Assembly (NCBI GenBank): GCA_046540795.1
Contig: JBKHEN010000002.1
Span: 1 to 41,789 of the forward strand
Reading direction: 5' to 3'
Length of the DNA stretch: 41,789 bases
Origin: Spirochaetaceae bacterium
GTDB taxonomy: Bacteria; Spirochaetota; Spirochaetia; DSM-27196; PWMO01
Of the stretch, positions 37,536 through 41,789 are shown piece after piece. Both the position numbers and the translations under genes were made by a program. The notes below the pieces were generated by a model that worked only from the letters and a program-made list of their open reading frames with translations, did not search any database and had not been told where the DNA came from. The stretch's first letter is position 1, and the number at the start of each line of letters is the position of its first letter.

Positions 37536-37564
37536 TTGACAGGAGATGAGGAATTTGATACGTT
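37536..37564 (+). promoter_or_regulatory. Possible sigma-70-type promoter of rpsT
   Basis: TTGACA (37536-37541), 17 nt, TACGTT (37559-37564), in the divergent ABC/rpsT gap. Confidence 0.35.
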
Positions 37565-37602
37565 TCAGCCTCACTGAGGGACAATTGAATAAGGAGTAAT
37601 TC

Positions 37603-37863
37603 TTGGTAATAAAGGGATCTGCAGCCAAGCGCCATCGACAGGCGCGTAAGCGGCGTATGCGCAACCGTGTCTCGCGGAGCCGGGTGCGCACCGAGATTCG
37701 GAAGTTTCTTGCCGCCGTAGAGAACAAGAACAAAGCGGAGGCGGAGGATCGGTTTCACACGGCCGCCAAGCTTGTGGATACCGCCGCCGGCAAGGGCGTT
37801 TATCACAAGAATACCGCAGCCCGAACAAAATCTCGTCTTCAGAAGAAGCTCAACGAACTCTAG
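37603..37863 (+). CDS. rpsT: 30S ribosomal protein S20
   Basis: 'AAKRHRQARKRRMRNRVSRSRVRTEIRKF...AAKLVDTAAGKGVYHKNTAARTKSRLQKKL' is typical of S20. AAGGAG RBS 6 nt before the TTG start. Confidence 0.93.
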   Translation: MVIKGSAAKRHRQARKRRMRNRVSRSRVRTEIRKFLAAVENKNKAEAEDRFHTAAKLVDTAAGKGVYHKNTAARTKSRLQKKLNEL

Positions 37864-37910
37864 GTGAGCTCCGGCTGCGCAAAGCTGCCGTCTTCCATCG
37901 AGGAGCGCAC

Positions 37911-38213
37911 GTGGCAAAGGACAAGCTTACCAAAGCGGAAATCGTCGACAACATCGCCGAGACGACCGACGTCAGCAAGAAGGAAATCCAGCGAATCATC
38001 GATTCCTTCTTCTCTCAGGTCAAGTCTGCCCTGCTCGAGGACCGGGTGGTAGAATTTCGGGGATTCGGTACGTTCGAGATTCGTACCCGTAAGGGGCGCG
38101 AGAAAGCCCGCAATCCCAAGACCGGTGAGACGGTCAGTGTACAGAACCACGGCGTGGTGGTTTTCCGCCCCGGCAAGGAGCTGAAAGACGCCTCGTGGTC
38201 GCTTCGGAGCTGA
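37911..38213 (+). CDS. hup: HU/IHF-family DNA-binding protein
   Basis: 'LTKAEIVDNIAETTDVSKKEIQRIIDSFFSQVKSALLEDRVVEFRGFGTFEIRTRKGREKARNPKTGETVSVQNHGVVVFRPGKELK' shows the full HU/IHF fold signature. Confidence 0.93.
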   Translation: MAKDKLTKAEIVDNIAETTDVSKKEIQRIIDSFFSQVKSALLEDRVVEFRGFGTFEIRTRKGREKARNPKTGETVSVQNHGVVVFRPGKELKDASWSLRS

Positions 38214-38309
38214 CCCCCCCCTACGATCGGCACTGCCTGCGGCGGGCGGACCGTGAAACGTAGCGGACCGAGCGGTCAGACGGAGTCCGGCAAGGGCGTA
38301 GACAATTGA

Positions 38310-38338
38310 TTGACAGGTCTCGGGGGTTCTGAGACAAT
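38310..38338 (+). promoter_or_regulatory. Sigma-70-type promoter of the receiver-TPR-bactofilin-cinA operon, flanked by an 8-bp direct repeat
   Basis: TTGACA (38310-38315), 17 nt, GACAAT (38333-38338). AGACAATT occurs at 38300-38307 and again at 38332-38339. Confidence 0.4.
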
Positions 38339-38357
38339 TACTCGAAGGTGCTTCCAA

Positions 38358-39110
38358 ATGAGCGACAAAGGGACCATTCTCATCGTCGACGACGAGCAAA
38401 TCAACCTGGACTTCTTCGATGTCATGCTTTCCAAGCTCGGTTTTCGGGTTGAAAAGGCTCACGACGGGGAGGAAGCCCTGGAACTGGTCACGGAGGTTGA
38501 ACCGGACCTCATTATTCTCGACAACATCATGCCGAAGCTCTCCGGCTGGGAAGTGACCCGCATCCTGAAACAGGATGAGGACTATGCCGATGTGCGGGAT
38601 GTGCCGGTCATCATGTTCTCGGCAATGGATGATGTTAAGGACAAGATCGAGGGGTTCGAGCTCGGGATCGAGGACTACATCACGAAACCGTTCAACTTCT
38701 CCGAAGTCCTTGCCAGAATCAAGGCGGTGCTCCGGCATCGGGAACTTTCCCAACAGGTCATAGAGCGAGAGCGCCGTATCGCCATCGCGGAATCGCTGAA
38801 CCAGTCCCTGGTATATTTTACGCGCCATCTCCGTCAGCCGGTGCTGGAACTACTGAACGCCGCTACTGAACTGGATCCGGAAGACCCGTCAGCTGTGCGT
38901 ACGTTCGTGGATCTGGTACGCAAAGAGTCCGAACAGACGCTGGCCACGCTCGACGGGCTGGAGGAGGAAATCGCGGAGCTTCAAAGCAAGGGCGACGAGA
39001 TAAAGGCACGGGAAACCACGCTGGAGATGCTCGAAGAGAAGTATCAGAAGCATTTCGATAACTACCGGAAGCAGACCGGGGTGCAGCACGGCGGATCACA
39101 AGACGGGTGA
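38358..39110 (+). CDS. Response regulator: receiver domain + C-terminal coiled-coil region with no recognised output domain
   Basis: REC signatures 'ILIVDDEQ', 'DLIILDNIMPKLSG', 'VIMFSAM' and 'DYITKPF' are present. The C-terminal ~120 aa is helical and charged. The start is set at ATG 38358 ('MSDKGTILIVDDE'). Confidence 0.85.
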   Translation: MSDKGTILIVDDEQINLDFFDVMLSKLGFRVEKAHDGEEALELVTEVEPDLIILDNIMPKLSGWEVTRILKQDEDYADVRDVPVIMFSAMDDVKDKIEGFELGIEDYITKPFNFSEVLARIKAVLRHRELSQQVIERERRIAIAESLNQSLVYFTRHLRQPVLELLNAATELDPEDPSAVRTFVDLVRKESEQTLATLDGLEEEIAELQSKGDEIKARETTLEMLEEKYQKHFDNYRKQTGVQHGGSQDG

Positions 39111-39129
39111 CTACGGAGAACGTGTCGCG

Positions 39130-39351
39130 GTGATATCCCAACAGAAGCGCGAGGTGCTTTTTCACTTCGCCGAGGGTCGAAAGCATTACAAGTTGATGAA
39201 CTTCGAGGACGCGCTTGCGTGTTTCGAGCGTGCACTGGAAGTGGACCCGGCCGACGGGCCCTCACGGGTGTATGTGGAGCGGTGTCGTCATTACAGCGAG
39301 ATTCCGCCGCCCGAAGACTGGGACGGCGTGTTCGTCATGCAAACGAAATAG
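39130..39351 (+). CDS. Small TPR-like protein (73 aa)
   Basis: 'GRKHYKLMNFEDALACFERALEVDPADGPSRVYVERC' looks like a single TPR hairpin. GTG start with an ACGGAGA RBS. It is tightly packed between the receiver and bactofilin genes. Confidence 0.5.
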   Translation: MISQQKREVLFHFAEGRKHYKLMNFEDALACFERALEVDPADGPSRVYVERCRHYSEIPPPEDWDGVFVMQTK

Positions 39352-39354
39352 CAC

Positions 39355-39774
39355 ATGGGTAGAAACACAGGAAAGAAGTCCAAGGATCTCCCGCGTATCG
39401 TGACTCGCCTCGGGCCGCGCACGGCGTTCAATGGAACCATGCGGTTCTCGGCCCCGGTGAAAATCAGCGGTCGGTTCGAGGGAGAAATCGTGGCCGAAGG
39501 GTTCTTGTATATCGATGAGAGTGCGCACGTGCGGGCCGACGTTACCGCCCCGGCGGTGGTTATCGCCGGTGAGGTGCATGGAAACGTCCAGGCCGGGCAA
39601 CGCGTGGAGATGCTGCCGGGGGGCAAGATCTACGGAAACGTTCGCACTGCAAAACTGAGGATAGCGGACGGGGTCGTATTTGACGGAAAGTGCGAGATGC
39701 TTCGCAATCCGGAAGGTATCGACGTATTCTCGGCTCCCGTGGAGCAGTTGAAAGAGTCGGCGCAACGTGTCTGA
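39355..39774 (+). CDS. Bactofilin (DUF583), copy 2
   Basis: 'FNGTMRFSAPVKISGRFEGEIVAEGFLYIDESAHVRADVTAPAVVIAGEVHGNVQAGQRVEMLPGGKIYGNVRTAKLRIADGVVFDGKCEM' shows the bactofilin beta-helix pattern, with a basic N-terminal tail 'MGRNTGKKSKDLPR'. Confidence 0.85.
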   Translation: MGRNTGKKSKDLPRIVTRLGPRTAFNGTMRFSAPVKISGRFEGEIVAEGFLYIDESAHVRADVTAPAVVIAGEVHGNVQAGQRVEMLPGGKIYGNVRTAKLRIADGVVFDGKCEMLRNPEGIDVFSAPVEQLKESAQRV

Positions 39775-41032
39775 GCGGGCGGCGCGCGCGGCAATACTAT
39801 GCGTCGGGGATGAACTCACCGAGGGGCGGACGCTCGATCGACATGGAAAGTACCTCGCGGAGCTGCTAACGGAACTCGGTGCGGAGGTCGATCGGGTAGC
39901 GCTGATACCCGACCGCTTGGACGCGTACCGCAGAGAGTTTTCCGACCTGATACCGCGGGTCGGTACATTGCTGGTGACCGGCGGGCTCGGCCCCACATCC
40001 GACGATCTTACCCGAGAAGCGGTTGCCGAGGCGGCGCAGGTAGGGCTGGAGTTCCGTGACGACGTCTGGAGATGGCTGCAGGAACGGTTTCGCGGCCGAC
40101 GCCTCTCGGAATCAAACCGGAAGCAGGCCCTGGTGCCCTCGGGGTTCGACATCATACCCAACCAGGCCGGCACGGCGCCGGGGTTCGCCGGCGAGATAGA
40201 CGGGTGTATGGTAATCGCGCTTCCCGGGCCGCCCGCGGAGCTCCGGCGTATGGTCGATGGACAGGTGCGCGGCTTTCTGCAGGAACGGTTGCAGGTTCCC
40301 GCGGCGCAGATCCAGTGGTTGACGGCCTTCGGCGTCCCGGAGTCGGAGCTCGAGGAGAGCCTGCGGCGTTGTGCAGACCCGGGGATACGGTGGGGTACCA
40401 ACGTCGAGGAGTTTCGGATTCTCGTGGCGCTGCGTGACGGAACCGCGGAAGTGCGGCGGAGTTTCTTCCGACGATTACAGGAGGAGCTCGGCGGAGACCG
40501 CCTCGTAGAGGGCCAGGTTCGGATCGGCGAGGTCATCCGCAGAGACCTGGAGGCGGCCGGCGAACAGCTGATGTGTGTTGAATCCTGTACCGGCGGTCTG
40601 ATTACCAAGCTGATAACGGACGTGCCCGGCAGTTCCGCCGTGTTCTGGGGCGGCATCACCGCCTATTCCTATGAGGCAAAGGAACGGCTGCTGGGGGTGC
40701 AACATGAGACTCTCGAGCGCTACGGGGCGGTGAGTGAGGAAACGGCCCGGGAGATGGCGCTGGGGGGTGTGCGTCGAAGCGGGGCTGCTGCCCGCATTGC
40801 GGTAAGCGTAACCGGAATTGCCGGTCCCGGCGGCGGTACCGAAGAGAAACCGGTGGGAACGGTGTGGCTTGCGGTGGCGATCGGCGAGGAGATCGTGCGG
40901 ACTCGACGAGTATTCCTGCCGCGGGGACGGGACCGGATTCGCCGGTGGTCGGCGGTCAATGCGTTACTGCTGCTGAGAGAGGCGCTTCGGGCGGGACCGC
41001 TTGAGGCTGCCGACTTGACAGGACGAGGTTGA
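39767..41032 (+). CDS. cinA: CinA-family protein (MoCF-like domain + PncC nicotinamide-nucleotide amidohydrolase domain)
   Basis: N-terminal 'AAILCVGDELTEGRTLDRHGKYLAELL...LLVTGGLGPTSDDLTREAVA' and C-terminal 'VESCTGGLITKLITDVPGSSAVFWGGITAYSYEAKERLLGV...VSVTGIAGPGGGTEEKPVGTVWLAV' are present. The GTG start overlaps the bactofilin stop by 8 nt. Confidence 0.93.
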   Translation: MSERAARAAILCVGDELTEGRTLDRHGKYLAELLTELGAEVDRVALIPDRLDAYRREFSDLIPRVGTLLVTGGLGPTSDDLTREAVAEAAQVGLEFRDDVWRWLQERFRGRRLSESNRKQALVPSGFDIIPNQAGTAPGFAGEIDGCMVIALPGPPAELRRMVDGQVRGFLQERLQVPAAQIQWLTAFGVPESELEESLRRCADPGIRWGTNVEEFRILVALRDGTAEVRRSFFRRLQEELGGDRLVEGQVRIGEVIRRDLEAAGEQLMCVESCTGGLITKLITDVPGSSAVFWGGITAYSYEAKERLLGVQHETLERYGAVSEETAREMALGGVRRSGAAARIAVSVTGIAGPGGGTEEKPVGTVWLAVAIGEEIVRTRRVFLPRGRDRIRRWSAVNALLLLREALRAGPLEAADLTGRG

Positions 41033-41043
41033 GCGGCTATATT
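41015..41043 (+). promoter_or_regulatory. Near-consensus sigma-70-type promoter spanning the cinA stop codon
   Basis: TTGACA (41015-41020), exactly 17 nt, TATATT (41038-41043). It would give a ~130-nt leader before ATG 41182. Confidence 0.5.
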
Positions 41044-41181
41044 ACTAGCAAGCCTTCTAATCCACGAGCACGTTCCGCCGCAACAAAGCAGAAAACAGAT
41101 GGAGCCGTGGACGGGGTTCCTAATGCCTCGCCCCCATATTACAACGCATTACCACCACTGAAGAACCGTTTGGAGTATCCA

Positions 41182-41789
41182 ATGGCTTTTGGGCAAGATG
41201 ATGGACAATCTCGGGGAAGTGCTTTCTGGGAGGACAGCAACGTGGAAAGATCCACCGAAATACAGCGGGAGTTCGAATTGCAGGCTGCCGAGGGAGATCG
41301 GGAGCCGACTCCTGAAGCGGAAAAGCCGTCCATGAACGAAGGGACGGACGGCAGCGCCGACGCCGAAGATGCCGAGACGGAGGCCTCTTCTAGGGAAGAC
41401 GGAGATGAGGAAGCGGCAGGCAAGAAGAAGGCTCCGAAGAAGAAAATCCGAGTGGCCCTGATAAAGGACAACGGCAAGCAAAACGGCAAAGATAACACCA
41501 AAGACACTCCCGGCACGCGTGGCAACACTACCCCCGGTGAGACCGCCACTTCCGGCGACGACACCGGCACGACACCGTCGGAAACGGGTGTCGAAAACGG
41601 CAACGATTCCGGCGAACAAGCCGTTACGCAGTCGCAGCAGGGGAGCGCAAGCGGGACCCGCTCCGGCAACGAAAAGACCTCCGAAGATAACACCGGTGAA
41701 GCCGCCGGCAACCGTAGCGGAGAAGGAGACGGCAGCGGCGGCCGCAACCGAGGAAAGCGGAACCGATCCAATCGTCGCGGCGGCGGCGG
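41182..41789 (+). CDS. Hypothetical protein, 3'-truncated; the visible 202 aa are low-complexity and disordered (Gly/Asp/Glu/Thr/Asn/Lys-rich, ending RGKRNRSNRRGGG)
   Basis: I translated frame 1 by hand from ATG 41182 (TGGAG RBS 6 nt upstream) to the window end and found no stop. It is not in the ORF track because it has no stop in the window. The listed minus-strand ORFs 41139-41771 look like shadow frames (Pro/Ser/Leu-rich). Confidence 0.4.
   Translation, partial: MAFGQDDGQSRGSAFWEDSNVERSTEIQREFELQAAEGDREPTPEAEKPSMNEGTDGSADAEDAETEASSREDGDEEAAGKKKAPKKKIRVALIKDNGKQNGKDNTKDTPGTRGNTTPGETATSGDDTGTTPSETGVENGNDSGEQAVTQSQQGSASGTRSGNEKTSEDNTGEAAGNRSGEGDGSGGRNRGKRNRSNRRGGG

Noticed and set aside
37482-37733. 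Long N-terminal extensions of listed ORFs: ABC subunit A (to 37733), tatD (30309-30494), grpE (24105-24215), the Hsp70 paralogue (19980-20000) and the response regulator (38310-38357).
   Set aside because: The extensions run through promoter-like intergenic DNA or into neighbouring genes and do not resemble the N-termini of the families. Internal Met starts match the conserved family starts and have RBS-like sequences.
38214-38221. A C8 homopolymer immediately after the hup stop codon, and a GCGGACCG direct repeat downstream. Considered as a phase-variable tract or a small RNA.
   Set aside because: The tract is non-coding and lies downstream of the stop, so slippage would not alter a protein. 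No convincing stem-loop or promoter defines an RNA gene.
41139-41771. Two overlapping minus-strand ORFs (210 and 156 aa) at the right end of the window.
   Set aside because: They have Pro/Ser/Leu/Val-rich shadow-like composition and no RBS context. The plus-strand frame has a promoter, an RBS and an open frame to the window edge. The call is still uncertain.

Overview
GC-rich (~60%) chromosomal window with no rRNA, tRNA, CRISPR array or mobile-element genes recognisable by eye. All family calls come from motif recognition on the supplied translations, with no database search. Nt 2-19999 is a tightly packed, single-strand flagellar super-operon in the spirochaete/clostridial order: fliK-flgD-flgE-flbD-motA-motB-fliL-fliM-fliY-fliO-fliP-fliQ-fliR-flhB-flhA-flhF-flhG-(membrane ORF)-fliA-DUF342-(two small ORFs). 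It runs without a break into the most unusual part of the window, a three-gene module at 20001-24139: an HscC-like atypical Hsp70, a J-domain/HEAT-repeat protein and an orphan CheA-like kinase. The canonical grpE-dnaK-dnaJ operon follows directly. The remainder holds a secreted EF-hand-like repeat protein, a SpoU/TrmH methyltransferase, tatD (-), an M23 peptidase-bactofilin-DUF327-PSP1 operon, a heterodimeric ABC exporter pair (-), rpsT, an HU/IHF-like gene, a receiver-TPR-bactofilin-cinA operon and a 3'-truncated disordered ORF. Gene order and protein motifs suggest a high-GC spirochaete (Spirochaeta/Treponema-like), but this is inference. Main leads are the Hsp70/J-HEAT/CheA-like module, a cysteine-free FlgE with Ser at the lysinoalanine Cys178 position, two bactofilin modules, and an acidic membrane ORF translationally coupled to fliA.
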